64,000 nucleotides of DNA, taken from IMG/VR virus record IMGVR_UViG_3300045988_142756; one strand, written 5' to 3'. Source of the stretch: a virus. A model generated the notes under the pieces. It did no database searches. It worked only from the letters and a program-made list of their open reading frames with translations, and had not been told where the DNA came from. The stretch's first letter is position 1, and every line of letters begins with the position of its first letter. Of this stretch, positions 50,360-59,508 are shown in pieces. The translations under genes and the position numbers were made by a program.

Positions 50360-52285
50360 ATGTACGATGTAAATGTAGAGGTAACTTATTCAGCGGACTT
50401 ATTACCCGCATTAGTTTCTGAAGGTGAAGTACAAGCGTATAGGTATATAAGAAAACAACCCGGTGGCGGTGGTTGTGATTGCAATTATACAGCAATAAAG
50501 GATACACTATCTATTGATAGATGGATTACTAATGAAATACACGAAGAAGGAGAATTTCCTGTACAAGTGGATTCAATGACATTAGTAACATTAGATGGTA
50601 CAACAAAATATCAAATAGATAAAACAAAAGAAAATACATTTGTAATTGGCAATACAAATGATAGTGAATTACAAAATATTGGATACTGGTCTTTTACAGG
50701 GTCGGGTATTCAATTATTTATAAATTTACCGGAAACAGAATCAGATACAGGTGACTATGCACCTATTATGTTTACTGAAGAAACCGATACTTACTTTAAG
50801 TATTCGGAAGAAGACGAAGGTATTTATTTATATATCTATAAAACTGATTATGAAAACTATAAAAAAGGCGATATCGTATTCGTAATGAGTTTAGAATTTT
50901 CTTCAAGCATCGGTGATACTTATTTAGGGTATATAACATTTGGACCTATAACACCCGTTTCAGAAGAACTGTTAAAGTTACCTTGTGCTAAATTTTTCAG
51001 ATATAATTTTCCAAAAGACTTAAAAGGAACTTCTATTACTATTGACGGATTATTCAGTAAAAAAGATAATGAAGATGTAAGAAAAACATTTACTATTGAT
51101 TATGTAGAGAGTTTTAGTGGTGAAGATTATCCTGTTGGTATGAATATGTATATGGACCTTACCATAGAGGATACACAAAATGAATTTTCTGCTATGGCGT
51201 ATTTATTTAACGATAATTCTCCAGGATTATCCCCTAATGGTTTTATTTATGTACTGCCATTAAATATGGAAGATACTGATAACACAAAGAGTTATGGTTT
51301 AACTAAAATATTTTCATTAACGACAACTGGTCTTTCCCCTGTTACATATACATATACTGACGAAAATATTAAAATAAATTCTGCAATAAAAGTATATCTC
51401 AATGACAGCGAAAATATTCAAATAATTGATAGACAAGACGGATATATTGAATTTAAGAGAAGTAAAGTAGCGAATATTCCATTTAATATGGAAATATTAG
51501 ATGCTGACGAAGAAGGGTTAGTTACTTTATTTAATTCGTATAAAGAACCTGTTCCAACTAAATTAAGTCAATTTCAAAATGATACTGAATATTTAACGAA
51601 GGATAATATAAATGTAACATCTCCTATAATAAAAGGCAGTACTCTTAATGGAGAAATTGATTTATGGTTACAATCATCGTATAATAATGCATTCGCACAA
51701 TATTCATCTGGTGTAAAGACTGGAACATTAAAAGTCGATAGTTGGGTAGAAAAATCAGGTTATTATATTTATGCTATTGAAGATTATAGTATTTTTAATT
51801 ATAACACCGACGTACTTATGACTGTTAATAGTCCTGTAACGTTAGAAACTTCAGATTTAACAGACCGTAAAATAGAAATTAAAACAAAAACTAAACCAAC
51901 AGAACCTATACCGTATTCCTACAAATTACTTGCAACTAAGGAAAAAGGTCAACTTACAATAGTAAATACTTATATACCGACTGCCGGTGAATGGGTAACT
52001 GTAACAGGTGAAACAGCAACTTTAACACAAGCAGGTACTTATCAAGTAATTATACAGAATGGTGCACAATCAATTATATATTGGGATGGATCCACGATAA
52101 CAGAAGGAATAAAAAGTACTGATGCAGAAGTTGATACAAATAATATAACTATCAATACGACTTATCCACATATTGCTGTAAATGGTACATTATCTATAAA
52201 TCATATTGTTGTTTCGAACACAACAGGTTCGTGGGTAAAAACGACAACTACCTTGTCGGGTTTCAAATATCGTAAGATAAATTAA
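50360..52285 (+). CDS. large structural or receptor-binding-like protein (641 aa)
   Basis: GAGGAG RBS; beta-rich, T/N/Y-rich sequence. Confidence 0.6.
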   Translation: MYDVNVEVTYSADLLPALVSEGEVQAYRYIRKQPGGGGCDCNYTAIKDTLSIDRWITNEIHEEGEFPVQVDSMTLVTLDGTTKYQIDKTKENTFVIGNTNDSELQNIGYWSFTGSGIQLFINLPETESDTGDYAPIMFTEETDTYFKYSEEDEGIYLYIYKTDYENYKKGDIVFVMSLEFSSSIGDTYLGYITFGPITPVSEELLKLPCAKFFRYNFPKDLKGTSITIDGLFSKKDNEDVRKTFTIDYVESFSGEDYPVGMNMYMDLTIEDTQNEFSAMAYLFNDNSPGLSPNGFIYVLPLNMEDTDNTKSYGLTKIFSLTTTGLSPVTYTYTDENIKINSAIKVYLNDSENIQIIDRQDGYIEFKRSKVANIPFNMEILDADEEGLVTLFNSYKEPVPTKLSQFQNDTEYLTKDNINVTSPIIKGSTLNGEIDLWLQSSYNNAFAQYSSGVKTGTLKVDSWVEKSGYYIYAIEDYSIFNYNTDVLMTVNSPVTLETSDLTDRKIEIKTKTKPTEPIPYSYKLLATKEKGQLTIVNTYIPTAGEWVTVTGETATLTQAGTYQVIIQNGAQSIIYWDGSTITEGIKSTDAEVDTNNITINTTYPHIAVNGTLSINHIVVSNTTGSWVKTTTTLSGFKYRKIN

Positions 52286-52306
52286 CAATAGCAAGGAGAT
52301 TAAAAT

Positions 52307-52732
52307 ATGGGATTATTTAGTAAATTATTTAGCCGAAATAAGCCCGAGATTAACTTAGAAACGACAATTAAAGAAGATATGAATAATAAGTTTATCGTTC
52401 CAGAAAAATATAATGCAGACCGTATATGGGCGTGTAATCAGTATATTAACAGATATATGGAAAGCATACATATAGATTCAAATGACGAACATCTTAATAA
52501 TTGGAATAAAGGTAGACTTCACGCATATAATACTCTTTTACTTAAATTAAAAGAACTTAACTCTGCTGAAATTTTAGAATTTGCAAAATGTGAAGCAGAA
52601 TCTGTGAGATTAGGTGAATACTCGGCATTTAACAGTGGTATGTACGAAGTATATAGAACATTTAGTACGATTGATATGAAACAATTAGTACAATCAGAAA
52701 GACTTAAAACTAAACCTAAATACAATAATTAA
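52307..52732 (+). CDS. hypothetical protein
   Basis: AAGGAG RBS; 141 aa. Confidence 0.55.
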   Translation: MGLFSKLFSRNKPEINLETTIKEDMNNKFIVPEKYNADRIWACNQYINRYMESIHIDSNDEHLNNWNKGRLHAYNTLLLKLKELNSAEILEFAKCEAESVRLGEYSAFNSGMYEVYRTFSTIDMKQLVQSERLKTKPKYNN

Positions 52733-52748
52733 AAAGTTTTTTATTATA

Positions 52749-52765
52749 TATAATAGTATTGTAAG
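52749..52765 (+). promoter_or_regulatory. candidate late-type core TATAAT-N5-TGTAAG
   Basis: TATAAT 52749, TGTAAG 52760, upstream of the GAGGAGG RBS of the gene at 52790. Confidence 0.3.
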
Positions 52766-52789
52766 AAAAATAAATAGAGGAGGTAAAAA

Positions 52790-53620
52790 ATGGCTTTTGA
52801 TGAAAAACAACTTGACGACATTCTGAGTAAGTACGATGACGAAGAAGCAGTTGAAGAAGTTAGCGAAAGTGAAGATGATGAGCAAGGCGAATTAGTAGAT
52901 ATGTCTAAAACTAATAATTCAACAACTATAACTGAATCTCAAAAACAAGTTGATAATTTCACTCGTACTGGCGGAAATATTATACAAGAAAGATATGCCA
53001 GTGGTGAAGCAACAATGCAAGATACAGTTAAAGATATTGCCCACGTTGCAGTTGCCTCTAAAGCATTAAATGACAAAGACGAGAATAACAAGCAATTCTT
53101 CCAAGAATCCGTTGAACAAACGCACGAAGCGTTAAAAGAAAGTTTCAAAGCGAATGTTTATCAAGCACAATCACAGAAGATTGATGCAAAACGGCAAAAG
53201 GCTGAACAGTTCTATATTATGTTCCGCCCTATTCTTGAATTTGATTTTTCAAATCTTTGTAAAGTACAGAAAGTCCGAGTCAACAAACCTATACTTAAAA
53301 AGAAAGGCGAGGCAGATAAAATTGACGATAAACCTCAATATGAATATATTGAGCAGAAGCCAAAGAGTTATGCTGACAGATCTTACGGCATACCCCTTAT
53401 GGTTTTAATGCTTTGTTTATTAACAATCCCGTATTGTGTAGTAACAATAGTATTGTCAATATTTAATGCAATTAACCAAATCTTTATGCAGATTTCTAAC
53501 TTTGGAAAAACGGCACTTATATTCTGCTCGTCTATGGCTGGTGTGACGATTATTGGATTAGTGGTGTATGTAATTTTACTTATCATAGAATCAAGTTTCG
53601 GAGTCAAGATATTCCGATAG
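52790..53620 (+). CDS. membrane protein: acidic N-terminus, two C-terminal transmembrane helices
   Basis: GIPLMVLMLCLLTIPYCVVTIVLSIF and ALIFCSSMAGVTIIGLVVYVILLII. Confidence 0.6.
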   Translation: MAFDEKQLDDILSKYDDEEAVEEVSESEDDEQGELVDMSKTNNSTTITESQKQVDNFTRTGGNIIQERYASGEATMQDTVKDIAHVAVASKALNDKDENNKQFFQESVEQTHEALKESFKANVYQAQSQKIDAKRQKAEQFYIMFRPILEFDFSNLCKVQKVRVNKPILKKKGEADKIDDKPQYEYIEQKPKSYADRSYGIPLMVLMLCLLTIPYCVVTIVLSIFNAINQIFMQISNFGKTALIFCSSMAGVTIIGLVVYVILLIIESSFGVKIFR

Positions 53621-53626
53621 TGTTCT

Positions 53627-54502
53627 ATGCCGGAATTAGAAAATACTATCACTCAAAAGAAAAAATCATCAGTATTTACTAAATTTTTCAAAGGTTTCGG
53701 GTTACTTTTAACTTACGAAATCATAGAAGAATTATTAGAAGAGGCAATAGCGTGGACAATTACCACTGTATTAGCAAGAGCATTATCGTTCTTATTAGTT
53801 GTAGTATTAACACAATGCACTAAGGTAACGATTAAATACTCGGTTAAAATGCTTAAAGTCTTATTAAAGCCGCTCGTAACTAAATTAGTATATAGACCCG
53901 GTAATGATAAGGTAAACTTTATAAAAAAATTATTCTGTAAGATATTCAGAATAGAATCAAACGATAACTCAAACGAATTGATTGAAGTCAAGAATGATGA
54001 ACAAAATTCATCTGAAAATAATAAACAGGAGGCAGTCATTATGGCAGATAATGAAGTAAAAGTTTCCAAATTCAAACAATTTGTTGCAAGAGTTGTTGAA
54101 TTTGTGAAATGCAACAAAAAATCCATCTTATCGACAGCAACTGCTCTCGCAACTTCTGTTGGTAGCGGTGGTGCGGTTCAGATGTGGTGTGCTTCAACTA
54201 ATTTACCTAACTTGTACACTTGGCTTATTGCAGTTATAATTGGCATATTTATGTTTGTTTTAACTGAACTTGGTGTAAGTGCTCGTGGTTGGGAATCCGC
54301 TGCTAAATTTCTTAGGCGTAAAGCAGAAGACGATGCGGAAAAAGATGCTGTTAAAACAGCAAAAGACGCAATGAAAGTTGTTGCTAAAACTAAGAAAGAA
54401 GCAGAAAAACTTGCTGCAGAGAATGTTAAATTAGCCAAAGAAGCAGAAGCCAAAGCGAAAGCGGAAGCGTATCTTAGAGACCACCCTGAATTGCTCAAAT
54501 AA
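53627..54502 (+). CDS. membrane protein with a K/A/E-rich C-terminal helix
   Basis: Hydrophobic segments near aa 40-65 and 195-215. C-terminal AEKLAAENVKLAKEAEAKAKAEAY. Confidence 0.6.
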   Translation: MPELENTITQKKKSSVFTKFFKGFGLLLTYEIIEELLEEAIAWTITTVLARALSFLLVVVLTQCTKVTIKYSVKMLKVLLKPLVTKLVYRPGNDKVNFIKKLFCKIFRIESNDNSNELIEVKNDEQNSSENNKQEAVIMADNEVKVSKFKQFVARVVEFVKCNKKSILSTATALATSVGSGGAVQMWCASTNLPNLYTWLIAVIIGIFMFVLTELGVSARGWESAAKFLRRKAEDDAEKDAVKTAKDAMKVVAKTKKEAEKLAAENVKLAKEAEAKAKAEAYLRDHPELLK

Positions 54503-54520
54503 TTAAAGGAGGATACAAGG

Positions 54521-54844
54521 ATGGAAGAAAAACTTGCTAAACTTAAAGCAATTATCGAAAAGAAAAAGGCTTTAAGAGATGCTCATCAGTTTAATTTCGA
54601 TGCATTAGAGCAACAGCAAAAAGATTGTCAAATGCAAATTGATGCTTTAACTAATAAAATTGCTGAACTTGAAGCAGAGAAAGATAAAATCAGACCTGAA
54701 TTGGAATGCTATATTGCTGATGTTGCTGAATTAGAACAGGCGTTCGAAGATATAACTTTTGTTGAACCAGTAGTTGTAAAACAACCCGAAACTGAAGAAG
54801 TTACTGCAGAACCTATCAGTGGAATTAACGGTTTAGCACTCTAA
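54521..54844 (+). CDS. coiled-coil protein
   Basis: AAAGGAGG RBS; 107 aa. Confidence 0.55.
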   Translation: MEEKLAKLKAIIEKKKALRDAHQFNFDALEQQQKDCQMQIDALTNKIAELEAEKDKIRPELECYIADVAELEQAFEDITFVEPVVVKQPETEEVTAEPISGINGLAL

Positions 54845-54860
54845 TATTCTATTTGTTAAT

Positions 54861-54912
54861 AGACAGAATATATATTACCTAAGATAATGTTATGTGTAAT
54901 ATATATCTGTCT
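54861..54912 (+). terminator. 17-18 bp imperfect inverted repeat (hairpin) ending the 52790-54844 unit
   Basis: AGACAGAATATATATTAC (54861-54878) pairs with GTAATATATATCTGTCT (54896-54912), followed by ATTTT. Confidence 0.5.
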
Positions 54913-54945
54913 ATTTTACTATTATTTAGCAAAGGAGACCAAAAT

Positions 54946-55632
54946 ATGATAAAAGGGAAATTATTAAGATACCGAGAATCTCATACAGATGAACAGGTAT
55001 TGTCAATGGTCTTAATTATATCTTGTATAATATTAACTATGTTCTTTGCGATAGTTAGATTATGTAACGGATTATGGTTTAGATATATTGACTTCAATTC
55101 AGTTAAACTGCCTTCGTTTATACTACAACAACATATAATGATGATACTACAAATATTTGAAATGTTATTCTGTTATAAGTTGTTATTACGAACTTCCTGG
55201 CTAATATCTTTAATACTTGCAATTATTCATACAATATTATCTGGTTATATACCGTATCCTTATAATATTATAGTATGCAATATATTTTGGTTAAGTTGTG
55301 GTTTGATAACTACCAAAAGTTGGAAAACAATAATTGATTTTATATTTCTATTTACTGTAATAAGTTTATATGGCTTATTATTTATAAATGGATTATCTAC
55401 AACTTTATCAGCTCAAAATTCCAACTTTCTTTATAACGTATTAGGTATGATTGACTATAAGTTATTTATTGTCAGTCTGTATTTAATAATAAATTATTTT
55501 GGAGGTATCAAATTATGCAAGAAAAAACCAACACTAATTTTGTTAAATCAGCAAAAACTGAACAAAACAAAACCACTCCCGACTTCCCCGGCTGTACATT
55601 CTTATGGTTCGGAAACGACAAATCAGCAATGA
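54946..55632 (+). CDS. polytopic membrane protein
   Basis: ATG 54946 with an AAAGGAG RBS. The track start at 54892 lies inside the hairpin. At least five hydrophobic helices. Confidence 0.6.
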   Translation: MIKGKLLRYRESHTDEQVLSMVLIISCIILTMFFAIVRLCNGLWFRYIDFNSVKLPSFILQQHIMMILQIFEMLFCYKLLLRTSWLISLILAIIHTILSGYIPYPYNIIVCNIFWLSCGLITTKSWKTIIDFIFLFTVISLYGLLFINGLSTTLSAQNSNFLYNVLGMIDYKLFIVSLYLIINYFGGIKLCKKKPTLILLNQQKLNKTKPLPTSPAVHSYGSETTNQQ

Positions 55633-55667
55633 CCGACTTGAAGAAAATTGTTGAAATTAAAAAATAG
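55515..55667 (+). CDS. small protein (50 aa) overlapping the 3' end of the membrane-protein gene in another frame
   Basis: GGAGG lies 8-9 nt upstream of ATG 55515. Its TAG at 55665-55667 is 3 nt before the next ATG. MQEKTNTNFVKSAKTEQNKTTPDFPGCTFLWFGNDK... Confidence 0.4.
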   Translation: MQEKTNTNFVKSAKTEQNKTTPDFPGCTFLWFGNDKSAMTDLKKIVEIKK

Positions 55668-55670
55668 CAA

Positions 55671-56309
55671 ATGAAAAAGATTAGCCTAACACAACAACAG
55701 TTTGATAGGTTAATTAAGATTTATGTTAAAGGCGGTTTCATTGTTGTATTAGCGATTGTTATCGCCTTTTCCATATTTCTTAATAAACTACCCCAAACAA
55801 TAATATTATTACTGTCTTTCTTTATATCTCAATTATTCTATAAACAACAATTTCACGCAGGTAGTCTTAAAGTGTGTACGTTATTATCTATATGTTTATT
55901 CACGATAATAATATATTTATTACCTTATAATATATCTTTTATGATACCGGCGGTTATAGGAATGTTTGTAGCATATTTTAGTTGTAAAGCAGGAACATTA
56001 CAAATTAGATTAAATAAGTATAAAGATATAGAATGTAAATATACTGAATTACTTAACTTATATGATAATGGTAGAATAATACCAAGACAATTTGATATAA
56101 ATACTTGTACAAAGGAAGAATTGATTTATAGATGTAGAGAATTAAATTTTACACAGAGAAATATTGATTTCTGTGTGAAAATGTTTATAGATAAGGTTTC
56201 AATAAAGGATTATATAAATTCACCTGAGAATGTAGAATTACTGTTAGACGAACAACAAGAACGAAACAGAAAAACAAGATTAAAGAAAGTATTAACAAAC
56301 AATAAATAA
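55671..56309 (+). CDS. membrane protein (about four helices) with a soluble C-terminal domain
   Basis: 212 aa; hydrophobic N-terminal 110 aa. Confidence 0.6.
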   Translation: MKKISLTQQQFDRLIKIYVKGGFIVVLAIVIAFSIFLNKLPQTIILLLSFFISQLFYKQQFHAGSLKVCTLLSICLFTIIIYLLPYNISFMIPAVIGMFVAYFSCKAGTLQIRLNKYKDIECKYTELLNLYDNGRIIPRQFDINTCTKEELIYRCRELNFTQRNIDFCVKMFIDKVSIKDYINSPENVELLLDEQQERNRKTRLKKVLTNNK

Positions 56310-56377
56310 CAAGTTATATTATATTTTTATTATACGATTTTGTAATTTATAAAAAATTTATTCAATAAATTATAATT

Positions 56378-56421
56378 GAAGAGGCAAACAAAGTAAATAT
56401 GTTTTCGCCTCTTCTTTTTTT
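56378..56421 (+). terminator. intrinsic terminator
   Basis: GAAGAGGC (56378-56385) pairs with GCCTCTTC (56407-56414), followed by a T7 run. Confidence 0.75.
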
Positions 56422-56472
56422 ATCATTTTGCTTTGGTTGCCTCTTTATTAGTTGATAAGGAGGTTATTTTTT

Positions 56473-56646
56473 ATGAAAGTAGAATTCTACAATGAATTAA
56501 ACGGATTAGACATTGATATCACAGATAATGATATAAAAAATATTCTCCATTTTGATTTTTCTACATTTTACCCTGACGATAAAGAAGAATTAGGCGAACC
56601 TATTGTAGTTCAAAGGAGTGATAAAAATGGAAATGTTAAAAGATAG
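56473..56646 (+). CDS. hypothetical protein (57 aa)
   Basis: ATG 56473 after an AAGGAGG RBS. The track start at 56452 is a TTG that includes the RBS. Confidence 0.5.
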   Translation: MKVEFYNELNGLDIDITDNDIKNILHFDFSTFYPDDKEELGEPIVVQRSDKNGNVKR

Positions 56647-56890
56647 TTTAATCAGTATAAATTTATCTACATATAAAAAATTGCTTGAAAAAATAGTAGA
56701 TGGACAACAACTTACAAACGCTGATTTAGTTTTATTATCAATTATAAGAAAAGATATAAGCCGAGCGGTTGATATACCGCCGATAAATAAACTTATAGAT
56801 GGAATAAAACAAGTTCAAAAAACACTGAAAGATTTTGATTTAAGTAAAAATGAGGAGGAAATTATAAATGATGCCAAATATGGGGTTTAA
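56627..56890 (+). CDS. hypothetical protein
   Basis: ATG 56627, 8 nt after AGGAG. Confidence 0.5.
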   Translation: MEMLKDSLISINLSTYKKLLEKIVDGQQLTNADLVLLSIIRKDISRAVDIPPINKLIDGIKQVQKTLKDFDLSKNEEEIINDAKYGV

Positions 56891-57350
56891 TTATAACCGA
56901 AATTATAACCAAGAAATCAATGCACTACAAAATCAAATAGACCAACTTAGAGGGCTAAACAACCAAATACAGTCACCTATTTCTAACCCATCTCAATCAG
57001 CAAATAATGGGATAATTCAAATAGGTACTTATGTTGTAGTTAAAAGCATACAAGATATGGAGAATTATCCTGTACCTGTTGATGGAACGCCAGTGAATAT
57101 ATTTGTTGATAATACAGGTGCATTTTATAGTAAAAAGATGGTTAATGGCACTGTTAGTTGTCAGCCTTTTTCGTTCGCACCGTTAAATTCTGTAAAAACA
57201 GACGATACACAAGAAAATAAATCGTCTGAAAATATGCCAGAATGGGCAGAAAATATAATTGATAGAATTTATGCATTAGAACAAAAATTATCAGAATCAC
57301 AAAAAAGAACAAGAAAAACGGAAGAGGTGGTGATTAGTGATGGCGTTTAA
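56868..57350 (+). CDS. hypothetical N/Q-rich protein
   Basis: GAGGAGG RBS; 160 aa. Confidence 0.55.
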   Translation: MMPNMGFNYNRNYNQEINALQNQIDQLRGLNNQIQSPISNPSQSANNGIIQIGTYVVVKSIQDMENYPVPVDGTPVNIFVDNTGAFYSKKMVNGTVSCQPFSFAPLNSVKTDDTQENKSSENMPEWAENIIDRIYALEQKLSESQKRTRKTEEVVISDGV

Positions 57351-57696
57351 TTTTAACCAAATAACAAAAGCGGTAAAATTCGCAAATAAAATAAAAGACC
57401 CAAAACAAGCCGTAAATATGTTAATTGACCAGATTGAGAAAAAGAATAGCAAACTTGGACAAGAACTTCGAGTAGCCATAAATTCAGGTAAAAACCCTTC
57501 TCAATATATAAGAGAACAAGCCGATAATGGGATTATAAATATGGATAACTTTAATGAAGTGAAGAAATATTATACTCTCGCACAAAAATTCGGGCTTACT
57601 CATAAAATTGATAACAAAGAATGGGTCGAAATAGAACAAGCAATAAAAAATAAATCCACTGATAGTAATAACAATTTTACTTTTAGAGGTTTTTAG
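57340..57696 (+). CDS. hypothetical protein
   Basis: ATG 57340. The track start is a GTG at 57337. Confidence 0.55.
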   Translation: MAFNFNQITKAVKFANKIKDPKQAVNMLIDQIEKKNSKLGQELRVAINSGKNPSQYIREQADNGIINMDNFNEVKKYYTLAQKFGLTHKIDNKEWVEIEQAIKNKSTDSNNNFTFRGF

Positions 57697-57759
57697 CAAT
57701 GCTCTTATAAGTAGTGCGCAATACTTATAGGTGTAAATATAACAAGGAGGAAATTAGAT

Positions 57760-58332
57760 ATGGCAGATTATTCTCTTGGCGATATTGCCGCTCTTATGGA
57801 CAGAGATGATAGAAAAGGCTGGGGAGATGGATTCGTAGGTTGGATTATTCTTCTCTTTATCTTCTTACTTGCAATAAGTGGCAATGGTTTCTTTGGTAAT
57901 GGTTCTGCAACACAGGCAAGTCTTACGACCGCTGAACTTTACTCGGCTCTTGGAAGTCAGGATATTAAAAACGATATTCGTGACGGTTTCCACAGCGTTG
58001 AAAGCGGTATCTGTGGCGTTGATAAGGAAATTCTTAACAATCGTTACAGCACGCAACTCGGCTTCCAAAATCTCGGACAGCAGTTGCAAGACTGTTGCTG
58101 CAACTTGCGTACGACAATCATTGAACAGAACCAAGCAACACGCGATTTAATTCAACAGAATTATATTGAAGGTCTTAGAACAGCATTGTCCGACGCAAAA
58201 GCAGAAATCAGCAATCGTAACCAAAGCACTTATATTTTAAGTCAGTTAGGGCAGTATTATACTCACCCGTCCGTAAACCCTTATACTTGCTATAATACTT
58301 GCGGTTGTGGTTGTGGTAACAATTTAGGTTAA
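57760..58332 (+). CDS. single-pass membrane protein with CCC and C-terminal CGCGCG Cys clusters
   Basis: AAGGAGG RBS. Transmembrane helix FVGWIILLFIFLLAISG, then ...LQDCCCNLR...CYNTCGCGCGNNLG. Confidence 0.6.
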   Translation: MADYSLGDIAALMDRDDRKGWGDGFVGWIILLFIFLLAISGNGFFGNGSATQASLTTAELYSALGSQDIKNDIRDGFHSVESGICGVDKEILNNRYSTQLGFQNLGQQLQDCCCNLRTTIIEQNQATRDLIQQNYIEGLRTALSDAKAEISNRNQSTYILSQLGQYYTHPSVNPYTCYNTCGCGCGNNLG

Positions 58333-58380
58333 TTTAATAAAAATTAAATAATCTATTTTGCACTTTGTTAGTGTAGTTAT

Positions 58381-58413
58381 AAGGAAGTGTGAAATATCAC
58401 TTCCTTTATTTAT
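58381..58413 (+). terminator. intrinsic terminator
   Basis: AAGGAAGTG (58381-58389) pairs with CACTTCCTT (58398-58406), followed by a T-rich tail. Confidence 0.75.
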
Positions 58414-58441
58414 AAAAAATAAATTTTTGGAGGAAATAAAT

Positions 58442-58897
58442 ATGTCGTGTAAAAACAATCAATATTGTAAAAGCACTTTAAGTGCATATACAGATGCAGC
58501 AGTAACTCTTGAACAAGGCGATTTAATGCCTATAAATACAAATCAATCATTAACTGGTACTTCTATTACTCATACGGCAGGAAGTAAAACAATAAGCATT
58601 GTGAAACCAGGTATATATGTTATCGGGTTCAGTGCAACGAATACACAAGGAGCAACAGCAGGTGCTGTATCATTACAAATTTATAGAAATGGCGTGCCTT
58701 ATCCATCAGGTCTTGTAACAAGAACACCTACTGCGACTACAGATATTGAAAATGTTTCAACTATAACAACTATAAATGTAAGAGAAATTTGTCCGTGTGC
58801 GGGTACAGGAACACCTTCGATTGATTTAACTTTTGTAAATACTGGTGTACAAGGTGTTTATTCTTATTTCAACGTAACTATATTTAAGATTGCATAA
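58442..58897 (+). CDS. BclA-C-terminal / C1q-TNF-like jelly-roll protein (from memory)
   Basis: ATG 58442 after GGAGGA. ...GIYVIGFSATNTQGATAGAVSLQIYRNGVPYPSG... resembles exosporium BclA C-domain patterns. No collagen repeats. Confidence 0.5.
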   Translation: MSCKNNQYCKSTLSAYTDAAVTLEQGDLMPINTNQSLTGTSITHTAGSKTISIVKPGIYVIGFSATNTQGATAGAVSLQIYRNGVPYPSGLVTRTPTATTDIENVSTITTINVREICPCAGTGTPSIDLTFVNTGVQGVYSYFNVTIFKIA

Positions 58898-58908
58898 AGG
58901 AGTATATT

Positions 58909-59109
58909 ATGAAAGAACATATTGAAAAAGCAAAAATGGCGATATTAAATAGAATAATAAAAGCAGTAGAAAATGTAGATATTAAAATGCCTTCCGAAGA
59001 CCTTAAAACTCTTGCTTGCATTATAAAAATGTTTGACGAAGATGAAGAAGTTGAAGAAGTGATGCAAAAAGAAGAACCTGCTGTGTTACGAGTTCCTTTG
59101 GGGGTGTAA
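58909..59109 (+). CDS. hypothetical acidic protein
   Basis: AAAGGAG RBS; 66 aa. Confidence 0.5.
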   Translation: MKEHIEKAKMAILNRIIKAVENVDIKMPSEDLKTLACIIKMFDEDEEVEEVMQKEEPAVLRVPLGV

Positions 59110-59110
59110 T

Positions 59111-59416
59111 ATGGTTTTTGTTAAAATATATGATTTTATGTTTTGTGAATTAAAGTACGCTAAAAAATATACAGAATGTGCTATAATGTATAAAACAAAT
59201 AATGATATAGAAATGTATAACACTTGTATTAAATTAGCAGAAGCCGAATTATCTCACGCTGAAATATGGCATAATATGTCTGATACTAAGATTAAAAAAC
59301 ATACAGAAAAGATTCAAACAGATGAGTATCTTAGAGCGTTTATTGAAGATAAGGAAGCACATTTTTTACACAAATATGCAAAAGTTAAATATATGCTTGA
59401 ATCCGCAAAGAAATAA
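59111..59416 (+). CDS. hypothetical helical protein
   Basis: 101 aa. Confidence 0.55.
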   Translation: MVFVKIYDFMFCELKYAKKYTECAIMYKTNNDIEMYNTCIKLAEAELSHAEIWHNMSDTKIKKHTEKIQTDEYLRAFIEDKEAHFLHKYAKVKYMLESAKK

Positions 59417-59434
59417 CTTATAACTAATTTATTT

Positions 59435-59466
59435 ATAGCCGTCTAATCTGTAGGCGGCTATTTTTA
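59435..59466 (+). terminator. intrinsic terminator
   Basis: ATAGCCG (59435-59441) pairs with CGGCTAT (59455-59461), followed by TTTTT. Confidence 0.75.
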
Positions 59467-59508
59467 TAAAAAAAATAAAAAAAAATTAAAAAATTTATAT
59501 TAAAATGG

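Noticed and set aside
52307-59416. A search for a holin/endolysin lysis cassette.
   Set aside because: Several small membrane proteins could be holins. No ORF shows amidase, GH25/GH19 lysozyme, CHAP or peptidase motifs that I can recognise, so no endolysin call is made.
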